Assembly (NCBI GenBank): GCA_963737155.1
Contig: CAVTRN010000002.1
Coordinates: 1,568,001 to 1,632,000, forward strand
Reading direction: 5' to 3'
DNA: 64,000 bases
Source: Nitrospirota bacterium
GTDB taxonomy: Bacteria; Nitrospirota; UBA9217
The position numbers and the translations under genes are program-made. Below the pieces are notes generated by a model. The model was given only the letters and a program-made list of their open reading frames with translations. It was not told the origin of the DNA and did no database searches. Below are positions 12,301-22,654 of this stretch, piece after piece; within the stretch, counting starts at the first letter, position 1; each line of letters starts with the position of its first letter.

Positions 12301-15101
12301 ACGCATACTGGCGTCTAAAAGGATTGGCGGTGGACCTGGTGATCTGGAATGAAGATCACGCCGGTTACCGGCAACTTCTGCAAGATCAGATCATGGGGCT
12401 CATTGCTTTAGGCGTCGAAACCAACGTGACCGATCAACCAGGCCGTATTTTTGTAAGACCTGCGGACCAGATTTCGAACGAGGACCGCATCCTGCTCCAA
12501 ACCGTTGCTCGCGCCATCATCACCGACAGCCGGGGAACGCTGGCGGAGCAGATCATTCGTCATAATCCCGGGAAAGTATCTGTACCGCTCCTTACCTTGA
12601 CCCGAACCCACCTTTCCGAACCCCCTGCAATTGCCGCCATGCCTCGCCTTGATCTGACGTACTACAACGGGCTAGGCGGATTCACCGCGGATAGGCGCGA
12701 GTACGTCGTTACGACCGCGCACGGGCAGGTGACGCCGGCGCCATGGGTGAATGTGCTGGCAAACCCGCATTTCGGGACCGTCATTTCAGAGAGTGGACCT
12801 ACCTATACCTGGAGCGAGAATGCCCATGAGTTCCGCCTCACTCCCTGGGAGAACGATCCTGTTTGCGATTCGAGCGGAGAGGCTTTTTATATCCGTGATG
12901 AAGAGCGCGGCCACTTCTGGTCCCCCACGCCGCTGCCCAGCCGCGGGGCGACGCCTTACATCACCCGGCACGGCTTCGGTTACAGCGTCTTTGAGCACAC
13001 GGAGCGCGGCATCCGCTCAGAGATGTGGGTTTACGTGGCCGTGGATGCACCGATCAAGTTCACGGTGCTGAAAGTGCGAAACGAGTCTGGGAGACCGCGC
13101 CGGCTCTCCGCCACCGGATACGCGGAATGGGTGCTGGGAGACCTGCGGCCAAAAACGACAATGCATGTAATCACCGAACTTGATCCCAACAGCGGTGCAA
13201 TCTTTGCGCGAAACTCCTACAACACGGAGTTCGTTGACCGAGTTGCCTTCTTCGATGTGGACGATGCGCCCCGAAGTGTGAGCGGTGACAGGACTGAGTT
13301 CCTCGGGCGCAATGGCACGCTCCGGAATCCCGTGGCGCTGACCCGGTTGCGCCTCTCCGGCGGGGTAGGGACCGCTTTGGATCCCTGCGCCGCTATCCAG
13401 GTCCCCTTCGAGCTGGCCGATGGGCAAGAGCGCGAGATCATCTTCAGGCTCGGCGCAGGGCGGGATGTTAATGACGCCGGCAAATTGGTGCGTCGTTTTC
13501 GAGGAGCAGTTGCAGCGCGCGACGCGCTCGAAGCGGTGTGGCAGTACTGGAATAACACGCTTGGCGCGGTGCAAGTGGAAACACCCGACCCGTCCGTCAA
13601 TATCCTGGCCAATGGCTGGCTCTTGTACCAAACTCTCGCGTGCCGTCTTTGGGCCCGCAGCGGATACTACCAGTCGGGCGGCGCCTTTGGTTTCCGCGAC
13701 CAGTTGCAGGACGTGATGGCACTCATCCACGCAGAACCGGGCCTCGTGCGCGAACATCTCCTCCTGTGCGCGGCCCATCAGTTCAAGGAGGGTGATGTCC
13801 AGCATTGGTGGCATCCTCCGTCAGGCCGGGGCGTGCGTACACACTGTTCGGACGATTTCCTCTGGTTGCCGCTTGCTGCCTCCCGCTACGTTCTGAACAC
13901 CGGAGACACCGGGGTATTGGATGAGTACGTTCACTTCATCGAGGGCCGCCCCGTAAACACGGACGAGGACTCGTATTACGATCTTCCCCACACGTCTGAA
14001 GAAACAGCTAGTCTGTATGATCACTGTGTGCGGGCCATTCTGAAGGGCCTCAGCCGAGGCGAGCACGGCTTGCCGCTCATCGGCTCGGGTGACTGGAACG
14101 ACGGCATGAACCTGGTGGGCCAGCACGGCAAAGGTGAAAGCGTCTGGCTCGGATTTTTTCTTTATGAGGTGCTTGTGCGATTTTCAGAGATCGCGCGCCT
14201 GCATAGCGATCCGTCATTCGCCGACCGCTGCCGGGAGGAAGCCGATCATTTGCGCATGAAAATCGAGGAGCATGGCTGGGACGGCGAGTGGTACCGGCGC
14301 GCATATTTTGACGACGGTTCTCCGCTGGGTTCGGCAAGTAATCCCGAATGCCGTATTGATTCCATATCGCAAAGCTGGTCTGTTCTCTCCGGCGCCGGGG
14401 ATGCGGAACGCTCCCGCATGGCAATGGAAGCTGTGGATAAACTTCTTGTTCGACGGGACCGCAACTTGATCCAGCTTCTGGATCCGCCGTTCGACAAATC
14501 GGATTTGAATCCAGGCTATATCAAAGGCTACGTTCCCGGTGTAAGAGAGAACGGCGGGCAGTATACGCATGCCGCAGTCTGGACCGCGATGGCTTTTGCA
14601 GCTTTGGGCGACTGCAGATGCGCATGGGACCTTCTGACAATGATCAACCCGATAAACCATGCGAGATCGCCCGAAGAAATCGCGATCTACAAGGGAGAAC
14701 CATACGTAGCCGCCGCCGACGTCTATGCGGTTTCTCCGCACATCGGGCAAGGCGGATGGACCTGGTACACGGGGTCGGCCGGGTGGATGTACCGGCTTAT
14801 TTTGGAATCACTTCTGGGGCTGCGGCTCGAAACGGACAAGCTGCGCTTTGAGCCGTGCTTGCCAGCGGAGTGGAATTCGTTTACAATACACTATAGGTAC
14901 CGGGAAACCATCTACCATGTCACCGTCCTGCAAACGCACGACAACAGCGCGTCCAGTGTGATTGTCGATGGCGCCCTGCAGAGCGACAAGATTATTTCCC
15001 TTGTTGACGACCGTAGGGAACACACGGTCGAGGTGAGAATGCCTGGCCCGGATAAAACGAAGAAAAATACTGTGATAATAAAAGAGGGCACTATACTATG
15101 A
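6390..15101 (+). CDS. ndvB: cyclic beta-1,2-glucan synthase (Cgs/NdvB/ChvB; GT84 plus GH94-like domains)
   Basis: 2903 aa; [38 protein letters not shown], central TM block, [11 protein letters not shown], and C-terminal phosphorylase motifs [38 protein letters not shown]. Confidence 0.95.
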   Translation: MKISSNIILEKLSLLWARFRGNSRTQKSADTEPPLRSELFSSDQMEQHGKTLAGSHTLGPGRARDRLLTRLDENEGVLLGVRNLLTEAIKATRRITPAGEWLLDNFYLIEEQIRTARRHLPKGYSRELPRLLNGSSAGLPRVYDIALEIISHGDGRVDPKGLSSFVAAYQTVTTLKLGELWAIPIMLRLALIENLRRVAARIATDRTDRNHADYWADQMTEVAGKDPKSLILVIADMARSEPPMVSSFVAELTRRLQGQGPALAMPLTWIEQRLFEYGLTIKQLVQLENQKQAADQVSMSNSIGSLRFLDAMDWRAFVETMSVVERTLRDDTDGVYGNMDFTTRDRYRHVVEKIAKSSRLSESEVAREAIQLARVSAARNGSDDRSAHVGFYLIDKGLAQLEQLAEVRLSVSEALRKLGSRVPLQLYIGTIMLMTAIFTGSLLAKAHANGLSGWALGLIGTLSLLCASQLAIALVNWLATLLATPHPLPRMDFSKGIPPELRTLVVVPTMLISTQNIEDLIEALEVRFLANRDDSLHFALLTDFRDAREKMLPEDEPLLRLARQRIEELNEKYKSLTNDAFFLFHRPRRLNLQDKIWMGYERKRGKLAELNSLLRRGAKGVSREHFSLIVGETGVLSNVKYVITLDTDTQLPRESAWQFVGAMAHPLNRAQYDKDKQRVVAGYGILQPRLAVSLPGTNRSRYARMCGSEPGIDPYTRVVSDVYQDLFREGSFIGKGIYDVDAFEQALDGRFPENRILSHDLIEGCYARAGLLSDVQLYEEYPSCYSADVSRRHRWIRGDWQLVRWLLPRVPGLDARFQKNPLSFLSQWKILDNLRRSLVSPALTLLLLLGWMVLSSVWIWTLSVIGIILVPSLIASVLDVFQKPGDVLLGQHLAVSARSMRRRFAQAAFSLVCLPYEAFYSLDAIVRTTWRMLVTHRRLLEWNPSGDPGRNSCMGFVAACRTMWIAPVIATSTVIYLALSGSADIVVAGPLLGLWFISPVIAWWISQPLPRSGARLSADQALFLRKLSRKTWAFFETFVGPEDHWLPPDNYQEHPIAAVAHRTSPTNMGISLLANLSAYDFGYISTGQLIERTTNAFHTMGALERHRGHFFNWYDTQSLKPLLPTYISAVDSGNLAGHLLTLRPGLLALPDQKILGPRLFDGLSDTLMILMGILSDAAEETAPGVYAPTGLDLLQKDLESAYNSPPTTLMAVRLCLDQLTNSAEEVVASFNTLDTYGAGLDNQAAWWARAFSRQCQAALDELSLFFPSTVLGTDKIPTLRELAGLGNQRALSMILAIEQLALQSVELSRMEYDFLFDQERHLLTIGYNVEEHRRDASYYDLLASEARLYSFVAIAQGQLPQESWFTLGRLLTTAGGEPILLSWGGSMFEYLMPLLVMPTYENTLLDQTYRAVVATQIEYGKKRGVPWGISESGYNSFDVRLNYQYRAFGVPGLGLRRGLAGDLVIAPYASALALMVAPEEACLNLERLSAAGFEGKYGFYEAIDYTPSRLPRGQSSAVVRSFMAHHQGMSLLSLAYLLLDRPMQKRFEAEPVFQATMLLLQERVPKATAFYSHIAELSDVQGASSVTETPMRVFSSPDTPIPEVQLLSNGRYHVMITNAGGGYSRWKDIAVTRWREDSTRDNWGTFCYLREVASGEFWSTAYQPTLKRPANQSNNYEVTFSEAKAEFRCRNHDFDAHTEIAVSPEDDIELRRITITNRARIRRTIDVTSYAEVVLAPPASDALHPAFSNLFVQTEIVRQQRAILCNRRPRSQGEQQPWLFHLMAVHGVEIGEVSYETDRMQFIGRGNTTVDPQAMRGVAGFFTGALSDSQGSVLDPIVSVRYRITLDPEESATINIVTGIGETRDVCLGLVEKYQDRHIADRVFELAWTHSQVLLRQLNATEADAQLYGQLAGSVIYANSSLRAGPGVIINNRRGQSGLWGYSISGDLPIVLLQIEDPANIDLVRQLVQAYAYWRLKGLAVDLVIWNEDHAGYRQLLQDQIMGLIALGVETNVTDQPGRIFVRPADQISNEDRILLQTVARAIITDSRGTLAEQIIRHNPGKVSVPLLTLTRTHLSEPPAIAAMPRLDLTYYNGLGGFTADRREYVVTTAHGQVTPAPWVNVLANPHFGTVISESGPTYTWSENAHEFRLTPWENDPVCDSSGEAFYIRDEERGHFWSPTPLPSRGATPYITRHGFGYSVFEHTERGIRSEMWVYVAVDAPIKFTVLKVRNESGRPRRLSATGYAEWVLGDLRPKTTMHVITELDPNSGAIFARNSYNTEFVDRVAFFDVDDAPRSVSGDRTEFLGRNGTLRNPVALTRLRLSGGVGTALDPCAAIQVPFELADGQEREIIFRLGAGRDVNDAGKLVRRFRGAVAARDALEAVWQYWNNTLGAVQVETPDPSVNILANGWLLYQTLACRLWARSGYYQSGGAFGFRDQLQDVMALIHAEPGLVREHLLLCAAHQFKEGDVQHWWHPPSGRGVRTHCSDDFLWLPLAASRYVLNTGDTGVLDEYVHFIEGRPVNTDEDSYYDLPHTSEETASLYDHCVRAILKGLSRGEHGLPLIGSGDWNDGMNLVGQHGKGESVWLGFFLYEVLVRFSEIARLHSDPSFADRCREEADHLRMKIEEHGWDGEWYRRAYFDDGSPLGSASNPECRIDSISQSWSVLSGAGDAERSRMAMEAVDKLLVRRDRNLIQLLDPPFDKSDLNPGYIKGYVPGVRENGGQYTHAAVWTAMAFAALGDCRCAWDLLTMINPINHARSPEEIAIYKGEPYVAAADVYAVSPHIGQGGWTWYTGSAGWMYRLILESLLGLRLETDKLRFEPCLPAEWNSFTIHYRYRETIYHVTVLQTHDNSASSVIVDGALQSDKIISLVDDRREHTVEVRMPGPDKTKKNTVIIKEGTIL

Positions 15102-15970
15102 GACCTGTTCCAACAATTAAGAAAGCGATAGTTGCTGTAGCCGGCGCCGGGACAAGATTCCTTCCGGCAACAAAGACCATGCCCAAAGAGATGTTGCCGA
15201 TTGTGGATAAGCCGATTATTCAGCTCGTCGTAGAGGAGTTGGTGGAGGCCGGGATACATGATATAATTTTAGTCACAAAATGGGATAAGAAAACCTTGGA
15301 AGACCACTTCGATCATAACTGGGCACTAGCAAATGAATTAAGGGAAGCGGGAAAGTTGCAACAGCTCGAGGAGGTTAGACGAATTTCCGAGATGGCTAAT
15401 TTCGTCTATATCAGACAAAAGGGGCCTTATGGCAACGGGACTCCGGTACTGTCTGCCGCGAGTCTGGTGTACAACGAACCGTTTATATATGTTTGGGGTG
15501 ATGATCTTGTACGCTCGAAGATATCCTTTACCAAGCAGATGATAGAGGATTATCAGCGGCATGGCCACCTGATGATCGGGGTGCAGAAAGTCGAAAGAGA
15601 TATGGTGAACCGCTACGGGATTGTAAAGCTGCGTCCTAACTCTTCGGAAATCGAAAATATTATAGAAAAACCGTCCATCGATGAGGCACCCTCTCAATTG
15701 GCTGATTTCGGGCGGATGATTTTGAATCAGGATATTGTCGATATCCTAAGAGAGATTCCGCTCGGCAAAGATAATGAGCTTTGGATCGTCGATGCAATAC
15801 GTCGATACGTGGAACGCGGGGGGATCTTCCTGGCCAAAGAGGTAGATAATGGACAATGGCTGACTACCGGAGATCCATTGAATTACCTGAAGGCGGTCAT
15901 AATATACGCGCTAGACAGGGAGGATATCGGGAGCGACCTGAAGGAATTCCTGAAAAATACGGCATGCTGA
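15098..15970 (+). CDS. galU: UTP--glucose-1-phosphate uridylyltransferase
   Basis: [32 protein letters not shown]; ATGA overlap with the cgs stop. Confidence 0.9.
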   Translation: MRPVPTIKKAIVAVAGAGTRFLPATKTMPKEMLPIVDKPIIQLVVEELVEAGIHDIILVTKWDKKTLEDHFDHNWALANELREAGKLQQLEEVRRISEMANFVYIRQKGPYGNGTPVLSAASLVYNEPFIYVWGDDLVRSKISFTKQMIEDYQRHGHLMIGVQKVERDMVNRYGIVKLRPNSSEIENIIEKPSIDEAPSQLADFGRMILNQDIVDILREIPLGKDNELWIVDAIRRYVERGGIFLAKEVDNGQWLTTGDPLNYLKAVIIYALDREDIGSDLKEFLKNTAC

Positions 15971-16189
15971 AATCATTGGAAAGGCTACCTCGCTCTTTCC
16001 TTGCGGATCACTTAATCTCAAACTAGCTACAGCGTTTCCTCACCATGTCGATCGCGTCGAGATTATGGCTGGCAACACCAGAGGAAGCACACAAAGGGAG
16101 ATAAAGGCGGCAAAAAGGACAAAGACAAAAACTAGATACAGAAGATGGGCATACAGTCATATGATTTAAAAGAGAAGAAAGCCAAACAA

Positions 16190-16647
16190 CCCGAAAGTGC
16201 ATAATACGTCAGGTTGGGGAAGAGCATCGGAAACTGGGAATACTTCTTGCCCTTCGGTATATATCTTCCGATTCGCCGGTGGGCCAATTCATGGCGATGC
16301 AAAATGCGACCAATGGCACGAATGCAGGGCAGCGGCTGAATGTTCATGTCCTACATCTCCCATTGGATGGCTTGACTTCCGCAGAAGAGCCCCTTGTTGT
16401 ACAGGTTCAATCGTACCAACAGCGACGAGATTTGCCAAGTGATAAACAAATGCTCTCCGGGTCTTCTCCGGCAAGATGCCTTTGGACTGCTGATGCTCGT
16501 ACCTGCTGAAGCTTCTGTTTTATGAACACCTCCTAAAAATTGGATGGTGTTCATGATAGTACACTGTATGGCTACTCGATTGTCAAAGAGCGTTTGTGAA
16601 CGATATCGTGGCACAAAAAATTGTGCACGATGTCCTGGCATTTAACA
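16190..16647 (-). mobile_element. IS481-like element remnant (left end with TGT terminus, degraded transposase 5' part)
   Basis: Minus strand starts TGTTAAATGCCAGGACATCGTGCACA with repeated subterminal motif; degraded reading QKLQQVRASAVQRHLAGEDPESICLSLGKS...QAIQWEM*DMNIQPLP..RILHRHEL..RRIGRYIPKGKKY. Confidence 0.7.
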
Positions 16648-16712
16648 ATGAAGATTTGAGAAATTGAATCTTCAACTATTTAACGAATGATACATGATAG
16701 CGGGAAGAACAC

Positions 16713-19700
16713 GTGGCTAAAAAAAATTCACCAGATGGACGTTCATCAAGGGCTGCCAAAAAAGGTTTAAAGGTCAAAAAGAGCCCATTGCCTGCAAAAC
16801 CAGTAAGAGCCAGGCCATCAGGATCTTCTTCCAAACTCACACCCAGCTTGGCAATCGAGAGTCAGCATGCTGAACAAGACCGCTCGAAGGAAAAGTCCTT
16901 TCCCCTTGTCGGGATCGGCGCCTCTGCGGGAGGGCTGGAAGCATTTACGAAGCTTCTTAAAACTCTTCCGCCTGATACAGGCATGGCTTTTGTGCTCGTT
17001 CAACACCTGGCCCCCACAAAAGACAGTATTTTGACCGAGCTCCTTTCAAAAGCCACTTCCATGTCAGTTCTTGAGGTGCAGGACGGCATGTTGGTGGAAC
17101 CCGACCATGTCTATGTTATTCCGCCAAATAAGCTCATGGCTGTTTACCACGGCAAACTCCTGCTTCAGCCGCGTGCCGAACCTCATACCCAGCATATGCC
17201 TGTTGATTCTTTTTTCCGTTCCCTTGCCGAAGACCAGGCGCAGAATGCCGTTGGCATCATCCTTTCCGGGACCGGCTCCGATGGTTCTCTGGGGATCCGG
17301 GCCATAAAAGCTGAAGGCGGGATCGTTTTTGCCCAGGACGAAAAATCGGCAAAATACGATGGTATGCCCAAAAGCGCCGTTGCGACCGGCTCCGTTGATT
17401 ATATCCTGCCTCCTGAAGAGATAGCTGCTGAGCTGGCGAGGATCAGCCGCCGTCTCTTCGTGATTCTTCACGCCTCCCTGAAGACAGGACCGCTGGTTCC
17501 GGCGGATGATCTGAATAGAATATTCATGCTGATCAGGACGGCTACGGGCGTTGATTTTACCTATTACAAGCAGGCAACCATAGTGCGCAGGATTCATCGG
17601 CGCATGCTCCTGCACAAGATGGATGCTTTGGAACAATACGTCCGCTATTTGCAGGAGACCCCCCCGGAAGTCGGCATTCTGTACCAGGACATCCTCATCA
17701 ACGTCACTTCCTTTTTCAGGGAACCGGAGACTTTCAATACATTGAAGAATGTGGTGTTCCCACGCATTCTGGAAAACAGATCGTCCGATACGCCCCTGCG
17801 AATATGGATCCCCGGATGCTCTACAGGAGAGGAGGCGTACTCTTTTGCAATGTGTTTCTCGGAATTCTGCGACGAACGGGGAGTTTCCTACCCGGTCCAA
17901 TTCTTTGCATCCGACATCGACGAGACGGCGATTGAAAAAGCCCGCCAGGGTCTTTATCCGGACAATATCGTGCAGGATGTATCTCCTGAACGGCTCAGTC
18001 GTTACTTTACCAGGACGGAACACGGATATCAGATCAACAAGGCTATCCGGGAGCAATGCGTATTCGCCAGACAGAACCTTATCAAGGACCCGCCGTTCTC
18101 CAAGATGGACCTGATAAGCTGCAGGAACCTGATGATCTATTTCGGCTCAATGCTGCAGAAAAAAGTGCTCCCGATCCTGCACTATGCCCTCAATCCTTCG
18201 GGTTATCTCATGCTTGGGAAGTCTGAGTCCATCGGCGAGTTTGCGAATCTTTTTTCTTTGGTCGACAAAAACGGCAGGATCTATTCCAAAAAGACATCAT
18301 CGTCGGAACTGCGCTTCGACGGGGAGCGGGTTCATGTGAGAGAAATTGCCTACAAGAAGGAAAAAAAGGTGGAAGAGCATGCCACAGGCGGGACTGACAT
18401 CCAGAAGGAAGCCGACAGCATCATTCTGGACAGATACAGTCCCGCGGGACTGGTCATTAATGAGGAGATGGATATTATTCAATTCCGCGGGAATGTCAGC
18501 CCCTATCTGAAACCCCAGCCCGGCAAGGCAAGCCTCAATCTCATGAAGATGGCGGGTGAAAGCCTCGCCTTGGAGCTGCGAGTTCTGATCCGCCAAGTCC
18601 ACGGAAAAGACGTTGCCGTCAGAAAAGATGGAATAAAGGTCAGGCATAACAATATCGTTACCACGATGAATATCGAAGTGATTGCGTTTAAGCCCCGGGG
18701 CTCTCAGGAGCGTCTATTTCTTGTCATATTTGAGGATACTGCAACGCCGACAGTGCGGGACTCGAAAACGCGGGGGAAAGCACCGGTAAAGACGAAAGGC
18801 CGGCCTGAGGAGGACCAGGTTGCGGTTGCGGAGCGCGAGCTTGCTGCCACACAACAGCATCTGAAGTCGATCATTACGGAACATGAGGCATCTACCGAGG
18901 AACTCAAAGCGCTCAATGAAGAAGTGCAGTCCAGCAACGAGGAGCTGCAGAGCATCAACGAGGAGCTTGAAACGTCCAAGGAAGAGCTTCAATCCACGAA
19001 CGAAGAGCTGAGCACCGTGAATGATGAACTGCGCAGCCGCAACGAAGAAATAATGCAGAGCAACAGCGACATACTTAATGTTTTAAGCGGTATCGATATC
19101 CCGATTTTGTTAGTCGGAAATAAAATGCAGATCAGGCGTTTCAATCCTGCAGCAGCCAAGGCGCTCAACCTTATTGCCAGCGATATCGGGCGGCCAATAT
19201 TCGATATCAGGACTAATATCAACGTTCCGGACCTCGAAACGTTGATTCATGATGTGATCGACTCCCTGACGATCAGGGAAAAGGAGGTCCAGGACACGCA
19301 GGGCCGTTGGTACTCCATGACGATACGGCCGTACAAGACCGTTGACAACAGAATCGACGGCGCACTCGTGACCTTCGAAGACATCAACGACCTGAAACAG
19401 GGCATGCTGCGCATCAAAGATGCCCGCGATTACGCCGAGGCGATCGTCGAGACCGTACGCGAACCTCTTATCATACTGAGCAAAGACATGCGGGTGATTA
19501 CCGCAAACCGAGCGTATTATAGGAACTTCGAAGTAACGCCGGATGCTACAGAGAACAAGTCCTTCTACGACCTGCAAAACGGCGTCTGGAATATTCCGAG
19601 GCTTCGGGAACTGCTTGATGATATTCTTGTGCAGAATACCGTCTTTAATGATTTTGAGGTCGCATACGAGGCCGCAGGCGTCGTTACCAGGTTCCTGCTT

Positions 19701-21392
19701 ATCAATGCGCGAATCGTGATTTCGAAAGATCCCGATGCCCATTTGATTCTCCTTGCCATTGAAGACGTCACCAGGCGCAGGCAGGCCGAGGACGCGCTTC
19801 GGGAAAGCGGAAAGCGGTATCGCTCTTTGTTCGAGAACATGCTCAGCGGTTTTGCTTACTGCAAAATGCTTTTCGAGGATGGCCGGCCGGAGGACTTCAC
19901 CTATCTTGAGGTAAAGAGCGCTTTCGAAAAGCTGACGGGGCTGAAGAACGTTGCCGGGAAAAAGGTCAGCGAAGTAATTCCCGGCATAAGGGAGTCTAAT
20001 CCCGTTTTGTTCGAGATTTGCGGTAGGGTTGCGCTGACCGGCAAACCGGAGAGCTTCGAGCTCTATCTGGAGCCCCTGGCAGCATGGTTTATCATATCGG
20101 TCTACAGTACGGAACAAGGATATTTTGTCGTAGTGTTCGAAAACATCACCGAGCACAAGCGGGCTGAGAGTAGTACCCAAGCTAGGCTCCGGATGCTGTC
20201 AATGGCCGCGTCCTCCTCCGTGTTCCGGGATGAAATTCTTCAGAAGATGCTCGACGAGATCGAAAAGCAGACGGGCAGTACGATTGGTTTTTACCATTTT
20301 TTGGATGCTGACCAGGAAACACTCTCTCTTCAGGCTTGGTCTACTGATACACTGCGGAACATGTGCACCGCGGAAGGCAGAGGCAGTCATTACAATATCT
20401 CCCAGGCGGGCGTGTGGGCGGATTGCGTTCGCGAGCGGGGTCCAGTCATCCATAACGACTATGCTTCTCTGGCGAACCGCAAGGGATTGCCGCCAGGGCA
20501 TGCCGCGGTTCAACGGGAAATGGTCGTGCCCATTCTGCGGGGCGGCCGGATTACGGCGATCATCGGCGTCGGAAACAAGCCGACCGACTATAATGCTGCC
20601 GACGTTGAAATCGCCCAGTCTCTGGGACAGCTTTCCTGGGAAATTTTCGAACGCACACGGGCCGTGGAGGAGCTTCAAGCAACGCATGCCGAAATTGAGC
20701 TGCGGTCGCAGGAGCTCGCGGCGACTAACCAGGAACTGGAAGCCTTCAGCTATTCCGTGTCCCACGACCTGCGCGGCCCTCTGCACAGGATATTGGGGTT
20801 CACCGACCTCATGCTCGAAGGCTATGCGGACAAACTTGACGACGAAGGAAAAAATCATCTTGACCGTGTAATAAAGAACGCAAAAAAGATGAACCAGATC
20901 ATGGACGACCTCCTGCATCTTTCGCGGCTTTCACGACTTGAGATGCAGCGACAGGACATCGACCTGAGCAAAATTGGGGTGTCGGTTGTGAAGGAGCTTC
21001 GCGAGGCGCAGCCGGACCGCAGTGCCGTTGTCGATATTAAAGAAGGCATTACAGCGTTTGCCGATGCAAAGTTGATCGAGGTTGCACTTTCAAATCTGCT
21101 TGGCAACGCATGGAAGTTCACCTCGAAAACAGAAAATGCCCACATCGAATTCGGAACGTTCGAACGGGACGGAAAGACCGTCTATTATGTGAAGGACAAT
21201 GGAGCTGGCTTCGATCAAAGTTTCTCCGAAAAGCTGTTTTTGCCCTTCCAGCGCCTACACGCGGATCAGGAGTTCGGGGGAACGGGGATCGGCCTGGCAA
21301 TCGTCGAGCGGGTGATCCGCCGGCACGGCGGCAAGATATGGGCTGAGGGCGAGCCGGGAAAGGGAGCAATGTTTTCCTTTACGTTGCAGTAA
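16713..21392 (+). CDS. CheB methylesterase/CheR methyltransferase fusion with PAS, GAF and histidine kinase domains
   Basis: CheB GIGASAGG/VQHL/ILSGTGSDG; CheR INVTSFFRE, GCSTGEEAYS, ISCRNLMIYF; EELQS repeat coiled coil; PAS domains; GAF; HisKA FSYSVSHDLRGPL; HATPase NLLGNAWKF, DNGAGF, GTGIGL. Confidence 0.92.
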   Translation: MAKKNSPDGRSSRAAKKGLKVKKSPLPAKPVRARPSGSSSKLTPSLAIESQHAEQDRSKEKSFPLVGIGASAGGLEAFTKLLKTLPPDTGMAFVLVQHLAPTKDSILTELLSKATSMSVLEVQDGMLVEPDHVYVIPPNKLMAVYHGKLLLQPRAEPHTQHMPVDSFFRSLAEDQAQNAVGIILSGTGSDGSLGIRAIKAEGGIVFAQDEKSAKYDGMPKSAVATGSVDYILPPEEIAAELARISRRLFVILHASLKTGPLVPADDLNRIFMLIRTATGVDFTYYKQATIVRRIHRRMLLHKMDALEQYVRYLQETPPEVGILYQDILINVTSFFREPETFNTLKNVVFPRILENRSSDTPLRIWIPGCSTGEEAYSFAMCFSEFCDERGVSYPVQFFASDIDETAIEKARQGLYPDNIVQDVSPERLSRYFTRTEHGYQINKAIREQCVFARQNLIKDPPFSKMDLISCRNLMIYFGSMLQKKVLPILHYALNPSGYLMLGKSESIGEFANLFSLVDKNGRIYSKKTSSSELRFDGERVHVREIAYKKEKKVEEHATGGTDIQKEADSIILDRYSPAGLVINEEMDIIQFRGNVSPYLKPQPGKASLNLMKMAGESLALELRVLIRQVHGKDVAVRKDGIKVRHNNIVTTMNIEVIAFKPRGSQERLFLVIFEDTATPTVRDSKTRGKAPVKTKGRPEEDQVAVAERELAATQQHLKSIITEHEASTEELKALNEEVQSSNEELQSINEELETSKEELQSTNEELSTVNDELRSRNEEIMQSNSDILNVLSGIDIPILLVGNKMQIRRFNPAAAKALNLIASDIGRPIFDIRTNINVPDLETLIHDVIDSLTIREKEVQDTQGRWYSMTIRPYKTVDNRIDGALVTFEDINDLKQGMLRIKDARDYAEAIVETVREPLIILSKDMRVITANRAYYRNFEVTPDATENKSFYDLQNGVWNIPRLRELLDDILVQNTVFNDFEVAYEAAGVVTRFLLINARIVISKDPDAHLILLAIEDVTRRRQAEDALRESGKRYRSLFENMLSGFAYCKMLFEDGRPEDFTYLEVKSAFEKLTGLKNVAGKKVSEVIPGIRESNPVLFEICGRVALTGKPESFELYLEPLAAWFIISVYSTEQGYFVVVFENITEHKRAESSTQARLRMLSMAASSSVFRDEILQKMLDEIEKQTGSTIGFYHFLDADQETLSLQAWSTDTLRNMCTAEGRGSHYNISQAGVWADCVRERGPVIHNDYASLANRKGLPPGHAAVQREMVVPILRGGRITAIIGVGNKPTDYNAADVEIAQSLGQLSWEIFERTRAVEELQATHAEIELRSQELAATNQELEAFSYSVSHDLRGPLHRILGFTDLMLEGYADKLDDEGKNHLDRVIKNAKKMNQIMDDLLHLSRLSRLEMQRQDIDLSKIGVSVVKELREAQPDRSAVVDIKEGITAFADAKLIEVALSNLLGNAWKFTSKTENAHIEFGTFERDGKTVYYVKDNGAGFDQSFSEKLFLPFQRLHADQEFGGTGIGLAIVERVIRRHGGKIWAEGEPGKGAMFSFTLQ

Positions 21393-21479
21393 ACATTGTT
21401 TCAGGTTTGTAGTTTATGGGATACGAAACTTGGTTTAAGGTTTAAGATTTGCGCCGATCTGATGTTGATTTTTGAACAT

Positions 21480-21773
21480 CTACAGGTGGAGCACGATTTC
21501 ACCGGAAACTATCGTGCAGCGGGAGGGGTAAAGAGCCACCGAAAAAGTTGGATAGGAAAATGTTGCCGTGGGGAACGGTTCGTGAATCATCACCTCAATC
21601 CCCAATTCCTCCCTTACTTCACGCTTCAGGCATTCCGAAGCAGTTTCGCCCTCATTAATCTTTCCGCCGGGAAACTCCCATTTTAAAGGCAGGCTCATGT
21701 GCTCGCTCCTTTGAACTGCGAGGACTTTTCCGTTTTGCTCAATTATGGCGCAGGCCACACGTAAGGATTTTAT
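21480..21773 (-). pseudogene. MutT/NudG-like Nudix hydrolase, probably truncated
   Basis: Nudix box KWEFPGGKINEGETASECLKREVREELG; stops early after IVLHL, and the apparent start position is ATA. Confidence 0.7.
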
Positions 21774-21925
21774 GTTTTCCTGGAAGAACAGGATTCCGCT
21801 TTCGCTAAATAGCGATCGCCTATGCCTCGCTTTTTTTAAAGGTCCTTGAATGGTTAATGTTGCCTCAACCGGGCATTGCGAATCAAAAAAGCTCCGGACG
21901 GTTGGCTGGCGGATGGGGTTCCAGC

Positions 21926-22504
21926 TTAGTGATCCTGTGCCTTGCCCGCGGCGAAAGCCTTCCGGTTTACTTCGAGAACCTCTATCGGAACATTGTTCAC
22001 AATGGCATCGGTGATGACCGATTCTTTCAGGGGAAGATACTTCAAAGCAGCGCCCAGAAGCACGAGATTGAGCGTGCGTTTATCTCCCACACCGATGGCG
22101 AGCTGTGTACCGTCAAAGGACATCACGGTCCTCATGCGGCTCCTGATCACTTCATTGACGTCCGCAGGATATTTTTCCGCGGCAATGGAAACACCGATCG
22201 TGCCGATCGCCCGCGTGTTGTATATGACTGCGCCGTCATCCTTCAGACAATGAAGATACCGGGCTGTTTCGAGCGGCTCGAACCCAATCAGCAGGTCCGC
22301 CTCGCCTTCGTTCACAAGGGGCGAGTAGACCTTGTCTCCGAATCGTACCTGCGAAAGCACGCTGCCGCCGCGCTGAGCCATACCGTGCACTTCGCTCTGC
22401 TTCACATCGAGGCCTTCAAGGAGCGCCGCCTCGGCGATTATCTTGCTCGTCAACAGTACACCCTGTCCGCCGACGCCGCTGATCAGTATATTGAAAACAT
22501 CCAC
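21926..22504 (-). CDS. iorB: indolepyruvate:ferredoxin oxidoreductase beta subunit
   Basis: ILISGVGGQGVLL, SEVHGMAQRGGSV, NRKAFAAG. Confidence 0.92.
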   Translation of the reverse strand: MDVFNILISGVGGQGVLLTSKIIAEAALLEGLDVKQSEVHGMAQRGGSVLSQVRFGDKVYSPLVNEGEADLLIGFEPLETARYLHCLKDDGAVIYNTRAIGTIGVSIAAEKYPADVNEVIRSRMRTVMSFDGTQLAIGVGDKRTLNLVLLGAALKYLPLKESVITDAIVNNVPIEVLEVNRKAFAAGKAQDH

Positions 22505-22654
22505 GTCTCTTCTCTCAATTCAGTGATAAGCCGCAACTTTTATGAAATGCGCGCTGAAAAAGGTTGGGACGAGTAGCAAGGAAATCTAGCAGCTTTGGCA
22601 CATGCCGTTTTCAATGTTTCTTCTCCCTGCTCTAGGCTTTTTGCTACTAGCTTT

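Noticed and set aside
17064-20918. Long antisense ORFs (330, 356, 239 aa) and similar ones opposite cgs, narG and pgi
   Set aside because: Shadow ORFs of GC-rich genes with no recognisable motifs.
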